From assembly GCA_959024545.1 (NCBI GenBank), contig CAUFFJ010000004.1:12584-76583 (forward strand): a stretch of DNA of 64,000 nt, written 5' to 3'. Made by a program: the position numbers and the translations under genes. Of the stretch, positions 51,532 to 61,104 are shown piece by piece. Source of the DNA: an uncultured Bacteroidales bacterium. GTDB taxonomy: Bacteria > Bacteroidota > Bacteroidia > Bacteroidales > Muribaculaceae. How positions within the stretch are numbered: the first letter of the stretch is position 1; each line of letters opens with the position of its first letter. The notes under the pieces are model-generated. The model searched no databases. It was not told the origin of the DNA and saw only the letters and a list, made by a program, of their open reading frames with translations.

Positions 51532-52821
51532 TTATCCCGTTACAGACAGATATGTGTTATGTTCCTGTGCGATAAATTCTTTTAATGATTGTATTGCCTT
51601 TTTCTTAATGGCAGAGACAAAAGTCTCGATCAGAGAGTAATCAATCTCACCCGATAAATCAACGGGAAGTGGGATTGATTCGTTCCTGACTCGGTTCCAG
51701 GTCGCTTTCTTATCGTAGCTAAAGATTGATTTGATGGACTTTTGTATGGTGCAAGCCATAAAAAGGAGTGAGTTCTCTGTGTCGTTGTGTGTTCGTGCTT
51801 TAATCAAATATGCATCCCACAATACTCCCGTCCTTTGGGGCTGCGCATAAACATTCCCGGTTGCTATCGCTCCATTCTGCACAATGTCAATTGTCATTTC
51901 AGAAGAATCGAAGATGTCCGATTTGCCATAAAACATTATGCCGTTGTCGCCGTGTTTGGCATTGACCAGAGGGATAGTGAACTTTTCGTCTGGGGTTGTG
52001 GAGGTGTCTCTCCTCTTGTCGAACGTTTTGTTCTTTAATTCAAGTTTATCATACAGAGTCCCCATTTTGAAGTGTTTCCACTCGATTTTGCCGCTTTTAA
52101 AGAGTGAAAGAGTATCTGCCTCAGATTGAGAAAGTTCACAATTCTCGAAGCCTGCCTCGGAGAGGTAGGCTTCGAGTTCGCGTATACGCGACTCTTCGAG
52201 TTCGCGTATACGCGACTCCATAAACCGGTAGTTTATTTCGCCATCCTTGTCCAACGGCAATGGAATTTCAAAAGAGGATGCTATCTTCCGGTTGAATTTG
52301 TTCGCATAATCGAATCTGTGGGCTGCAGCCTTCTTGAAAAGAGCGACAAAATATAACATAGAGTGCTCAGACCATCCGGAAGATAATGGATATAATCCCT
52401 GAATATGTGAATAACCGATAAAGGGATCTGGCTGATAAAAGACGGCATCGGAGGTTGTGGTGTCACTATATGTTATTATTCCGCCATTCTCGGTAGACGG
52501 CAGATCAACATAACCCGATACACCATTATTTGAACTTGTATTTGTTATGACAGGAGTGTCACCGATAGTTTCAAATAATTTTGTATTTGTATACTTGTAC
52601 GCGGTAGTGGGATGTATGTCAAATAGTTGAGAAACAGAAAACAATTTGTAGCCGCCCTCGGGCAATGGCCATGACCGAGGGCTTACTGTTTTCCCAGGCT
52701 TTGTTCTCCTCTCTGTTTTAGAACCTGACTTACGCGCCAGGAGAGATAGTCCCTGACTACTTTCTGAAAATCTTCCATAGACGGGATGACATTGAATTTT
52801 CGATGCTGTTGAACAGTCCAA
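51532..52821 (-). CDS. Restriction-modification specificity subunit (HsdS-like; two target-recognition domains)
   Basis: Two TRD-like halves joined by a central conserved helical spacer containing ESRIRELE x2. The first ~45 codons overlap the upstream gene, so the true start is probably near 52700 (..WPLPEGGYKLFSV..). AT-rich. Confidence 0.65.
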   Translation of the reverse strand: MDCSTASKIQCHPVYGRFSESSQGLSLLARKSGSKTERRTKPGKTVSPRSWPLPEGGYKLFSVSQLFDIHPTTAYKYTNTKLFETIGDTPVITNTSSNNGVSGYVDLPSTENGGIITYSDTTTSDAVFYQPDPFIGYSHIQGLYPLSSGWSEHSMLYFVALFKKAAAHRFDYANKFNRKIASSFEIPLPLDKDGEINYRFMESRIRELEESRIRELEAYLSEAGFENCELSQSEADTLSLFKSGKIEWKHFKMGTLYDKLELKNKTFDKRRDTSTTPDEKFTIPLVNAKHGDNGIMFYGKSDIFDSSEMTIDIVQNGAIATGNVYAQPQRTGVLWDAYLIKARTHNDTENSLLFMACTIQKSIKSIFSYDKKATWNRVRNESIPLPVDLSGEIDYSLIETFVSAIKKKAIQSLKEFIAQEHNTYLSVTG

Positions 52822-54752
52822 TCGTTGCCCGTCAATGTGATATGGTCTTCAAAATAAGTTTCGCCCTCAACGAAATAGTGGAGGTTGTCATTGTTAAGAC
52901 CTTTACCAAAACGAACGAGTTTCACAACCTCGGCATACCGTTCTTTTGCGTGGTCGGTGTCACGAAGATTGACACTTTGACTTGATTTTTTACGATTCTG
53001 ACGAGTGTATCCGTCATTTGAAAAATCTATGAATTTAACGATTGATTCGGTGCTATGAGGTTCACCGACACGAAAAACGTATATAGCAGTCTGAACACTC
53101 GCTTTGCCGCAGAAAATATCGCTCATGCGTATAGAGGCGACAAGTGTGTTGTTTTTCAGAATATTTTCCGTATAAGGCATTCCGTTACCGCTGCCTGCAT
53201 TTTCCTGAATAAGGACTGCAGCCATACCTCCGTGAGTCATCAGGGATAATGCTTTTTCTACGAATATGAAGCCTTTTCCCTCGGCTGAGTATGGAGGATT
53301 GAGAAGGAAGACGTTAGCCGGAAATTCTTCGCCCTTGTGCCTGCCTTGTTCGTAAGTGCCTTCAAATTCAGTAAGCGAGTTTCCTTTGATTATGTTTGCA
53401 CTTCCATCCTTCATGAGAATCATGTTGAGGACAGCCAGCATATAAATTTCCGACAATTTCTCGATGCCGAGAAGCTGTTCCATTTTTATTCTGGCGATTT
53501 TAGCTTCCTGTTCTGCCGGACTCTTGATTTTCTCCTTTGCGTCGGCAATCATCTCGTGCATTGCCGAGATAAGGAAGCCGCCTGAACCGGTCGCGAAGTC
53601 CCATACATAACTGTTCATATTAACGTTGCAGAGTTTAGCCATAAGCTCTGTAACGTAACGAGGGGTGAGAACGACATCGTTCTTATCTCCATCGGGGACG
53701 TCTACCCAGGCGTTGAGAACGTTGAACATTCGGCCTGTAAAGTCCAGATTGTGGAGTTCTCCTGTCAGGAAAGGAATAATATTTGCCTTTACATCGGCAT
53801 ACGTTGTGTGAAGCTTGCTCTCGCCATTTATTGGGCGGTAAAGTGAACTATTATTGAATACGCCCTTAAGTTCGGTTTCAATAATCAATCTTTTTTCCGT
53901 GGGAAGGTCTTTTGCCTGCAGATATTCGGAAATACGGCTCATGATGATTGCTCCGTCGTTTATCTGCGAGCCGAGTTCTCCTCTCAGATCGTCAACTTTG
54001 AGAGGACTGACTTTACCCTTAACGCCGAGACCGGCCATTACCAGACCGGCAATAAGTTTAACGCGGGAACCCACGACAATATCTTGCTCGTCGTGTAGTT
54101 TCTGGTTAATCTCCTTGAGTTTACGCTCTATATCATCTTCGAGCTGAAGCTTCTTCGCTTCGATTTCTTCTTCCGTTAAGGAAAGATTGGTGATATTGTT
54201 GAGAAGCTGACCTAAGTTTTCGGGAAGAAGAAATGAAAGATCGGTATATTCAGCAATCTTTTTCGGAACAAAAAGATTATTCTTACTAACGTAGTAAGCA
54301 CCAATCTCATATTTGATTGTGCCGTCTGCAAGATGAAATCCGTTAACGCCGACAGCGATAACTTTATCGTAAGATTCGGTATAGTCAAGAATGGCTTTAG
54401 CATAATGAGCAGCACCATTGACGGCAAAGCCTGCTATATTGGTATACAGCGGTTCGCCTTTTGCATTAGTGTTTAGGATTTCTCCATGTTCATCACATTT
54501 GATTAAATCGCCCTGACGACCTTTAACCTCAATCATAACGGGTATATGCTCCATCTGAGGGGTTTCGATGAAGCACTGAATATCGGGATAGTTCCTGCCA
54601 TCACCCCCTTTTTTACTCGGAGCTTTGCGCAGTGCGTTGCCGATCTCATGGTTAATCTCCTCGGTTTTAGTATAGTAACGAGTGGTTGAAAGTTGATGCT
54701 TGCACCAATCTTCAACCTTTTCTTCGATGCTGTGTTTTGACTTTTTCGCCAT
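52683..54752 (-). CDS. Restriction-modification A subunit: N-terminal PD-(D/E)xK nuclease-like motif plus gamma-class N6-adenine DNA methyltransferase (BcgI-like Type IIB candidate, or atypical HsdM)
   Basis: Likely start MAKKSKHS (the ORF extends to 54824). Nuclease-like motif NYPDIQCFIETPQMEHIPVMIEVKG (PD...EVK). MTase motif I VWDFATGSGGFL, then motif IV NPPYS. A -7 box lies at 54899-54906. Confidence 0.55.
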   Translation of the reverse strand: MAKKSKHSIEEKVEDWCKHQLSTTRYYTKTEEINHEIGNALRKAPSKKGGDGRNYPDIQCFIETPQMEHIPVMIEVKGRQGDLIKCDEHGEILNTNAKGEPLYTNIAGFAVNGAAHYAKAILDYTESYDKVIAVGVNGFHLADGTIKYEIGAYYVSKNNLFVPKKIAEYTDLSFLLPENLGQLLNNITNLSLTEEEIEAKKLQLEDDIERKLKEINQKLHDEQDIVVGSRVKLIAGLVMAGLGVKGKVSPLKVDDLRGELGSQINDGAIIMSRISEYLQAKDLPTEKRLIIETELKGVFNNSSLYRPINGESKLHTTYADVKANIIPFLTGELHNLDFTGRMFNVLNAWVDVPDGDKNDVVLTPRYVTELMAKLCNVNMNSYVWDFATGSGGFLISAMHEMIADAKEKIKSPAEQEAKIARIKMEQLLGIEKLSEIYMLAVLNMILMKDGSANIIKGNSLTEFEGTYEQGRHKGEEFPANVFLLNPPYSAEGKGFIFVEKALSLMTHGGMAAVLIQENAGSGNGMPYTENILKNNTLVASIRMSDIFCGKASVQTAIYVFRVGEPHSTESIVKFIDFSNDGYTRQNRKKSSQSVNLRDTDHAKERYAEVVKLVRFGKGLNNDNLHYFVEGETYFEDHITLTGNDWTVQQHRKFNVIPSMEDFQKVVRDYLSWRVSQVLKQRGEQSLGKQ

Positions 54753-55186
54753 TGTAAGAATAAATTCCAGCGTAGCAATGCGGGGCCGACCAAAGCCTTT
54801 AAGCGACTCTGCCGGAGCTTCCAATGTTTTTGGTTACGGCTGTCGCCGTTATGCCGTTGTGATGTTCATGGTCATTTCGCATGACAATGCTTAGATTGCA
54901 AAGGTAGCAATTTTTCGCGAGATAACGGTATGCAATCCTAAAAATCTGCGAATTGATTCAAACGAACTATGTTTCCTATGTTTCTTCAACATATCTCCCG
55001 AGTAACACACATCTCATCAAACGGCTTATATGGCACACCAAGGATGTTTGATTGAGAGAACTTCTAATGTTGTTGACGGGATATCAAAATTAGATATTTA
55101 AGTAGCTGTTGAAAATTAAACGATATATGCAGACTCTAAAATCCTGAACCATAAAACTTGTGCTTTTTGGCGGCTTCGGTGTTGTC

Positions 55187-55250
55187 GCTGCAGGGTCGCA
55201 CCATGGTGCGACCGGCACTGGCAGCGGGCGCTTCATGAAGCGCCCCTACG
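55187..55250. repeat. Two more copies of the palindromic repeat family (gggtcgcaccatggtgcgaccg; gggcgcttcatgaagcgcccctacgg)
   Basis: Same core palindrome as at 10.4-11.0 kb and 13.8-14.3 kb, intergenic between the RM insert and the C10 peptidase gene. Confidence 0.75.
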
Positions 55251-55343
55251 GCTCCCTCGTTCCGGCGCCGGATCAGCTCAAAAATCAAGGCGTTTTATGC
55301 GTTCATTAATTTTACCATCTGCTTAACTTTAATCAGTCTGTTA

Positions 55344-58300
55344 TTATCTGACGAGGAGGGGACGGGTGCCGATGAGGTAGAGGCCGGGCGAAAGACGCGC
55401 GATGTCGTCTCTGCCGGCTCCGCGCATCACGAGCGTGCCGCTGATGGTGTATATGTCGAAAGTGCCGTCAATGTCGGCTTCGGCAGAGTCAATGGCATTG
55501 TAGCCCTTTTCAGAGCAGAGGTAAAGCCGGGCTGTGCGCCCATGCAATGCCGGGAGCTGAATTGAGCCGTCGCCTGTCAGCGTGCTGACCTCCCCGTCAA
55601 TCACAATGTCGGCGCGCAGGCGCGAACCGTCAGACGTAACTGCCTGAATCACCGGAGATTCATCGTAGCTTACGTAATAGGGATTATATGGCGTCTCTCC
55701 GTCCCCGGCCAGTCCGCTGAGCGAGGTGATGCTCCCGTCGATATAAAGCTGCCATTGGCCGAAACCAAACCGTTCCCATTCGGGTGAGCGTTTGTAGACG
55801 TTAGCTTTGCCGTCAGGCACCGTTATCTTCACCTCTTCGGGCTGCAAATCCTCGAAAGCTTCGGGGGAAAGCACCGGCGGCTCTGAGGAGAGCAGAGTCA
55901 GTGTCTCAAGACCGGCCGCGGAATAAAACTGTCCGGGCCCGATGCTGCGGAGACCTGAGGGAAGCGTCAGTTCGCGGATGCCGTCAGCAAAAGTGAATGC
56001 GTCGGGCCAGAGCCGGCATACCTCTTTGCCGCCTGCGGAGTCGGGTACAATAACGTTTTGGCCAATGGAGCTGAATCGGTTTTCGACTATGACGCTTTCA
56101 TTGTCAAAGGGGATATATCCGAGGCGGCTCTCTCCGGCCTCTATGTTATTGTCGCGATAGAAATAGAAGGGACATGAGCGTGAGAGAATCACCTCCCTGT
56201 CATTTATCATCTGGGCAAGCTGCCAGCGGTATTTGCCCGGTTTCAGCAATGTATCAACACGTAGGCTGTATTCAATCTTTGAGTCCATTCTCCTCAATGT
56301 TACAGGTTTGGGTGTGCTCCATCTGACTGTGTCGTTGCCGTTTTCCGGGATCAGGCGGATGATCAGCGGGCCGGTCTGCGATGAAACTTCCGAATCGGGA
56401 TTACGTGCGAAACCTGCCGAAAAACGCAGTACATCAGTGGGTGTACTCATATAAGGGAGTATAGATACGGCTTCTGCACAGGTACCGGAATCTATAGCCG
56501 GATCCGGGCTTTCCTCCACTACAATGTCTGTCTCGCTTCTGGTGGAGGGACCGCCGTTGAAGAGTGCAAATTCCAGATGATATTTCCCGGGGGAAGTCAG
56601 CCGGAGCGACCCGAACTCCAGTGTCTCGGAGTAGCCGGGCGCTATCGTCAGTGGAAACTCATTGATATAGTCAGGGTCGAGATCATAATGGTATCGTCCT
56701 GTTTCATCGATAATATCCAGTAACACCGTGCCTGTGAAGACATCGTTTCCTACATTGGAAAAGACTATTGACACAGGCGAGGGGCCGTTGGCGTAGAAGC
56801 GCCCGTCGGGTGAGGTTATACCGTTGAATATAACCTTTGCCTCGGTCTTCTCGGCCGGCGGTGTTGTAAAAGAGACTCTGCCGTTTTTGAAGCTGCAGAC
56901 CACATAGTTTGGCTTTCCTGCGGGGGCAGGTACCTCTTCTAATTCGCCTGACGCTGCATGAGTGGCCATAAAGAATTTATAATCTCCGTCGGCAATGCCG
57001 TTCACAGGCTCCATGGTGAGATTTCTGAAGCCGTAAATCGGTTTCAGGTTCTCGATCACAAGCGAGTCAAGACAAATGGTGTCGGCCTCGTTGGTGAGGG
57101 ATTTCAGATAAATCCAAGCTGTCAGTGATTGCGGAGCACAGGTGTAATTGTAGAGCGCTCCGTCTCTGAAAGTTATATTCCAGGCGCCTTCCGGCGTGAG
57201 ACGGATTTCAGGCGAGTCGGTCATCACCAGGCCCGTCTGCGGCTGTGATTCGCCGTCGCCACGCGGTTTTATGCCGGTGATGCACATCTGATTGAGATTG
57301 TAGCCGCCCGAGGATGAGCCGATGCCGCCACCCATCGGATTGAGCGCGAAGAGCCGGAAATATCCGTCGCCAAGTCCGCCCCAGCCCCAGTTGAAATGGA
57401 AATAGCCGTTTCCTTCGTAGCCGTCGCAGACGAAAGCATGCCCCGCTTTATCATTTGAGCCGCATATAAACACGGGTGAGCCGTCGGCCAGACCTCTGTA
57501 AACAATGTTTTCCCATTCATTCTGGTTGTAGAAAGCGTGATTATACAGACGTATGGAGGCATCGTAATCAAAATAACTGAGGAGAGCCACACCCATTTGC
57601 TCTCCCGGCGCGCCACTGGCCGTGGAGGTATAGTGCATTCCCACCGATTTGCCGCAATGGAGCATAAGCGTGGCCACGGCATTTGCCTGCTGTTGGGAGT
57701 ATTTGCCGTCCTGATATATGTCGGCCATATTGTCCCAGTCATATTTTGTGCCTTCAAATGGGAAGCCGTCCCCGGTGGTGCCGTGTGCTGTCGGCGGCCA
57801 TTTGTGAAAGTTCATGACCTGCGCCATCGCCGTCGCCACGCAGCCGGTAACGCTTCTGGCATTTGTCTTAGGGTCAACAGGGCAAAGATTGTTGAATGGC
57901 TCACTCTGATTCCACCGGGATGTAACCATCGGGGCGATTGCCTCAAAATTATACGTCCGGGCATAGAGCCTTGGCTGCTGGTCTGCGGCTTCTGCCTGTG
58001 TAAGAAAACTGTCAATCTGCCGCTGCCAGGCATCGAGCCATGCTTTCATATTGCAGGGGATGGCCCCGGCCGGGAAATGTCCCTCTTTCGAGTAACCGAG
58101 TATCTGCGGCAAGCGGTCATCGGCGCTCACAATAGTAAATCCATCAGGGCGCGGTGAGCTGACCACATAGAAGCCTGTGCCCTGCGGGCTTTGAGAAGTG
58201 TAGGTGATAGTGTAACCGGCAGACGGTGACGGAGCTTTGGCCGGTGCGGTATCATCTGAATTAAAACTTGCAGCCGCGGCTATAGCCTCATCGGGCGTTA

Positions 58301-58370
58301 TCGGCGCTCCTGAAATATTTATAGCGGCCAGAATGGCTGCAAAGCATGAAAGAAAGGATTTTATGTTCAT
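55344..58370 (-). CDS. C10-family (streptopain/SpeB-like) cysteine peptidase with T9SS-type C-terminal sorting tail
   Basis: 1008 aa; signal peptide; catalytic region ...CPVDPKTNARSVTGCVATAMAQVMNFHKWP... ...GHAFVCDGYEGNGYFHFNWGWGG... The C-terminal tail is ...GTFDIYTISGTLVMRGAGRDDIARLSPGLYLIGTRPLLVR. A -7 box lies at 58408-58415. Confidence 0.75.
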   Translation of the reverse strand: MNIKSFLSCFAAILAAINISGAPITPDEAIAAAASFNSDDTAPAKAPSPSAGYTITYTSQSPQGTGFYVVSSPRPDGFTIVSADDRLPQILGYSKEGHFPAGAIPCNMKAWLDAWQRQIDSFLTQAEAADQQPRLYARTYNFEAIAPMVTSRWNQSEPFNNLCPVDPKTNARSVTGCVATAMAQVMNFHKWPPTAHGTTGDGFPFEGTKYDWDNMADIYQDGKYSQQQANAVATLMLHCGKSVGMHYTSTASGAPGEQMGVALLSYFDYDASIRLYNHAFYNQNEWENIVYRGLADGSPVFICGSNDKAGHAFVCDGYEGNGYFHFNWGWGGLGDGYFRLFALNPMGGGIGSSSGGYNLNQMCITGIKPRGDGESQPQTGLVMTDSPEIRLTPEGAWNITFRDGALYNYTCAPQSLTAWIYLKSLTNEADTICLDSLVIENLKPIYGFRNLTMEPVNGIADGDYKFFMATHAASGELEEVPAPAGKPNYVVCSFKNGRVSFTTPPAEKTEAKVIFNGITSPDGRFYANGPSPVSIVFSNVGNDVFTGTVLLDIIDETGRYHYDLDPDYINEFPLTIAPGYSETLEFGSLRLTSPGKYHLEFALFNGGPSTRSETDIVVEESPDPAIDSGTCAEAVSILPYMSTPTDVLRFSAGFARNPDSEVSSQTGPLIIRLIPENGNDTVRWSTPKPVTLRRMDSKIEYSLRVDTLLKPGKYRWQLAQMINDREVILSRSCPFYFYRDNNIEAGESRLGYIPFDNESVIVENRFSSIGQNVIVPDSAGGKEVCRLWPDAFTFADGIRELTLPSGLRSIGPGQFYSAAGLETLTLLSSEPPVLSPEAFEDLQPEEVKITVPDGKANVYKRSPEWERFGFGQWQLYIDGSITSLSGLAGDGETPYNPYYVSYDESPVIQAVTSDGSRLRADIVIDGEVSTLTGDGSIQLPALHGRTARLYLCSEKGYNAIDSAEADIDGTFDIYTISGTLVMRGAGRDDIARLSPGLYLIGTRPLLVR

Positions 58371-58497
58371 AAGGCAATATTTATAAGGTCATTATGACTG
58401 TTGAGTGCAAAGTTACGCAAAATTGCCGGAATAAAAAATTGACACCCGAAAAAATCGGGTGCCGATATGGGGCAATCACTAATTTTGAATCGGGAGG

Positions 58498-59184
58498 TTA
58501 CTCCCAGGAGTAGTGGTAGAAGTCGTGGGTGCCGCAGGCGTTGCCCATGGCTTCGAATGCTTCCCTGATGAATTTAGATGTCTTGGCGGTGCAGCTGAAC
58601 TGGAGCAGTGAATGGAAATCGGCGTCAGCGGGGTCGCAGGCTATCTCTACTTTGGCTATGTCGTGGCGCGCGAGCCTTGAGGCGAGATACTTGAGGGTGC
58701 TCCAGGCGTTGAAACGGTCGGTGCCTATCTCTTCCACGGCGCTGCTGAAAGTGGCATCTTCAATGCTGATGAATCCGTCGATAACAGTGTCGTCGGCCTG
58801 AATCTGGAGTACGGGCGATGCGAACCATTCCCCGTTGGAGAATGTGATGCGTGCCATTATCTGGCAGTCTTTATGCCGTGCCCGTTCAGCGGTAATCTGA
58901 TTAATTATTTGTTCGCCGAAAAGGTAGTCGAAGCAGATGCCGAGCATTATCTTCCTGTTGTTGAAGAGCATTGTTAGCCCGGTAAGCTCCTGCTTGTCAG
59001 AGTTGTCGGGGGTAACCATGAAGAAGTGTGACTCGGTCATGCAGTTGTCGGTCTGCTTGTTGTAGATGACTTCAGGGGCATTGTCTGACTGTGGCGCAGC
59101 GTAAGCTTTATTGTAAGTTAAAAGTGTTGAAAGGATTATGGCTGCCAAGGCAAAGCAGCGTGTATTTGTGTGAAAAAGTATCAT
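58498..59184 (-). CDS. Small secreted hypothetical protein immediately upstream of the C10 peptidase (candidate cognate inhibitor/partner)
   Basis: 228 aa with a signal-peptide-like N-terminus (FALAAIILSTLLTYNKAYAAPQ); no recognisable motif. Confidence 0.35.
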   Translation of the reverse strand: MILFHTNTRCFALAAIILSTLLTYNKAYAAPQSDNAPEVIYNKQTDNCMTESHFFMVTPDNSDKQELTGLTMLFNNRKIMLGICFDYLFGEQIINQITAERARHKDCQIMARITFSNGEWFASPVLQIQADDTVIDGFISIEDATFSSAVEEIGTDRFNAWSTLKYLASRLARHDIAKVEIACDPADADFHSLLQFSCTAKTSKFIREAFEAMGNACGTHDFYHYSWE

Positions 59185-59222
59185 TGAAAAAATCCGTTAT
59201 AAAAGATTTGAGAGAGAAGGGT

Positions 59223-59669
59223 TTAGCTGTCAGTTTCTTCGTCATCCATGTCGTCGTCATCCTCCCAGTCGAGGAAGAAATTGTCGGCGTATGAATCTTC
59301 CTTGAAGCGGCTGAGTTCACGGCTGTCGCGTTTGGTGGGGCGCCCGAGACCTTTCCGGCGGTCGACGAAACCGGATATTTTAGTCATTTCGAGCAGGTCG
59401 TATTGCGACTGAGGCGTGATGTTCTCCAGATATTCGGGCACGAGTTTTGCGCCGAGGCGATTCTCTGTCAGTGCTTTCACGCGGAACGTATATGTTACGG
59501 GCGGCTTGCGAACGTCGATTATATCTCCTGCTTTTATGGCCCTGGATGGCTTGACGGGGTTGCCTGCCATCATCACGCGACCTTTCTTGCAGGCATCGGT
59601 GGCTATGGTGCGGGTCTTGAATACGCGCATTGCCCAGAGCCATTTGTCGATTCTTACTTCAGATTTCAT
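59223..59669 (-). CDS. S4-domain RNA-binding protein (Hsp15/HslR-like) with acidic tail
   Basis: 148 aa; MKSEVRIDKWLWAMRVFKTRT... Confidence 0.75.
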   Translation of the reverse strand: MKSEVRIDKWLWAMRVFKTRTIATDACKKGRVMMAGNPVKPSRAIKAGDIIDVRKPPVTYTFRVKALTENRLGAKLVPEYLENITPQSQYDLLEMTKISGFVDRRKGLGRPTKRDSRELSRFKEDSYADNFFLDWEDDDDMDDEETDS

Positions 59670-59680
59670 ATAGGTGCGTC

Positions 59681-60271
59681 TTATTGAGCTTTGGCAGGCG
59701 GTTTGGGATTGGAATTGAAATGCGTCATGGCAAATTGGGGGCCCGAGAGGCAGAACGCTTTCACTGCATCGGCAGCTTTGTCGAGCAGCGGCGGGAGTTC
59801 GTTGCGCTCTTCAGTCGGGAATTTGCCGAGCACATAGTCAATCTGACCTCCGCGCGGGAAATCGTTGCCCACTCCGAAGCGCAGACGGCAGTAAGCCTGT
59901 GTGCCGAGTTGCTCGGCGATATTTTTGAGCCCGTTGTGTCCGGCATCAGCCCCGGAAGTGCGTAGCCGGATTGCTCCGAAGGGGAGGGCTATGTCGTCGA
60001 CGAGCACAAGCAGATTCTCAAGAGGCAGCTTCTCATGGTTCATCCAGTAGCGTACGGCCACGCCCGAGAGATTCATGAATGTTGATGGTTTGAGCACCAT
60101 CAGCTCGCAGTTTTTCACGCGTATGGTGGCCATGTCGCCGTAACGGCAGGATGACCACGAGCCGGAAGAGAGTTCCACAAGACGATCGGCTATCATGAAG
60201 CCGATATTGTGGCGTGTTCCGACGTATTCCGGACCGATGTTGCCGAGGCCGACAATCAGGTATTTTTTCAT
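59681..60271 (-). CDS. pth: Peptidyl-tRNA hydrolase
   Basis: Likely start MKKYLIVGLGNIGPEYVGTRHNIGF (the ORF extends to 60340). Confidence 0.9.
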   Translation of the reverse strand: MKKYLIVGLGNIGPEYVGTRHNIGFMIADRLVELSSGSWSSCRYGDMATIRVKNCELMVLKPSTFMNLSGVAVRYWMNHEKLPLENLLVLVDDIALPFGAIRLRTSGADAGHNGLKNIAEQLGTQAYCRLRFGVGNDFPRGGQIDYVLGKFPTEERNELPPLLDKAADAVKAFCLSGPQFAMTHFNSNPKPPAKAQ

Positions 60272-60450
60272 ATCCGTGTCTTGAGAAGAGTCAGAAGGGT
60301 TGCGGCGACAAAGAGAGTCGAGCCAGCGAAGAAAGCTCATTGTGAGAGAGTAATAAAAAGAGAGGGGGATGATAATATGTCAATATGGGACCGCGACATA
60401 TAAGCAGCGGCCCCATAGTATTCGGTTAATGTATGAAGTCAGGGAGCGAA

Positions 60451-61104
60451 TTACTCGGCATCGGCTTTTGCAGCGGCACCGCGAGCGGCACGTGTGAGCT
60501 GTACGCCGCAGACCACAGCGTTGCGGGCGTTCATCAGCTCGAGGCCCTCGAAGTGGAGGTCGCCTACTGAGAGAGATTTGCCCAGACCGAGGTTGTCCAC
60601 ATTGATTACGAGGCGCTCGGGGATTTCTGAGTAGATGGCTTTCACTTTGAGCTTGCGCATCATCAGATTGAGCTTACCACCGGCTTTCACACCTTCGGCG
60701 TGGCCTTCGATCTTGACGGGCACTTCCATCACGATGGGCTTATCGGGGAATACCTCGAGGAAGTCGATATGGAGCACGGTGTCCTTTACGGGCTGGAACT
60801 GGAGTTCTTTCATCACAGCCTTGCGTGTCTCGCCGTTGATCTCGAGGTTAATCTCGAATATGTCAGGGGTATAGATGAGTTTGCGTACGTCTTCAGCCTT
60901 TACTACGATGTCAGTAGTGATAAGACCGCGGCCGTCAGCGATTTCGACCAGCTTCTCGCCGGGTTTGAGAGTGCCCTTGAAGGGGAGTTCCACTACTTTT
61001 CCGCCATTGAGGACAGCGGGAATCTTTTCGGCGGCGCGAAGGGCCTTGACTGCCTTTTTGCCCAGTTCCACACGGGGCTCGGCTTTGAGTTCGTAAGTCT
61101 TCAT
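60451..61104 (-). CDS. rplY: 50S ribosomal protein L25 / general stress protein Ctc
   Basis: 217 aa; L25 N-terminal beta-barrel plus Ctc C-terminal domain. -7 box caaagtta at 61241-61248. Confidence 0.85.
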   Translation of the reverse strand: MKTYELKAEPRVELGKKAVKALRAAEKIPAVLNGGKVVELPFKGTLKPGEKLVEIADGRGLITTDIVVKAEDVRKLIYTPDIFEINLEINGETRKAVMKELQFQPVKDTVLHIDFLEVFPDKPIVMEVPVKIEGHAEGVKAGGKLNLMMRKLKVKAIYSEIPERLVINVDNLGLGKSLSVGDLHFEGLELMNARNAVVCGVQLTRAARGAAAKADAE

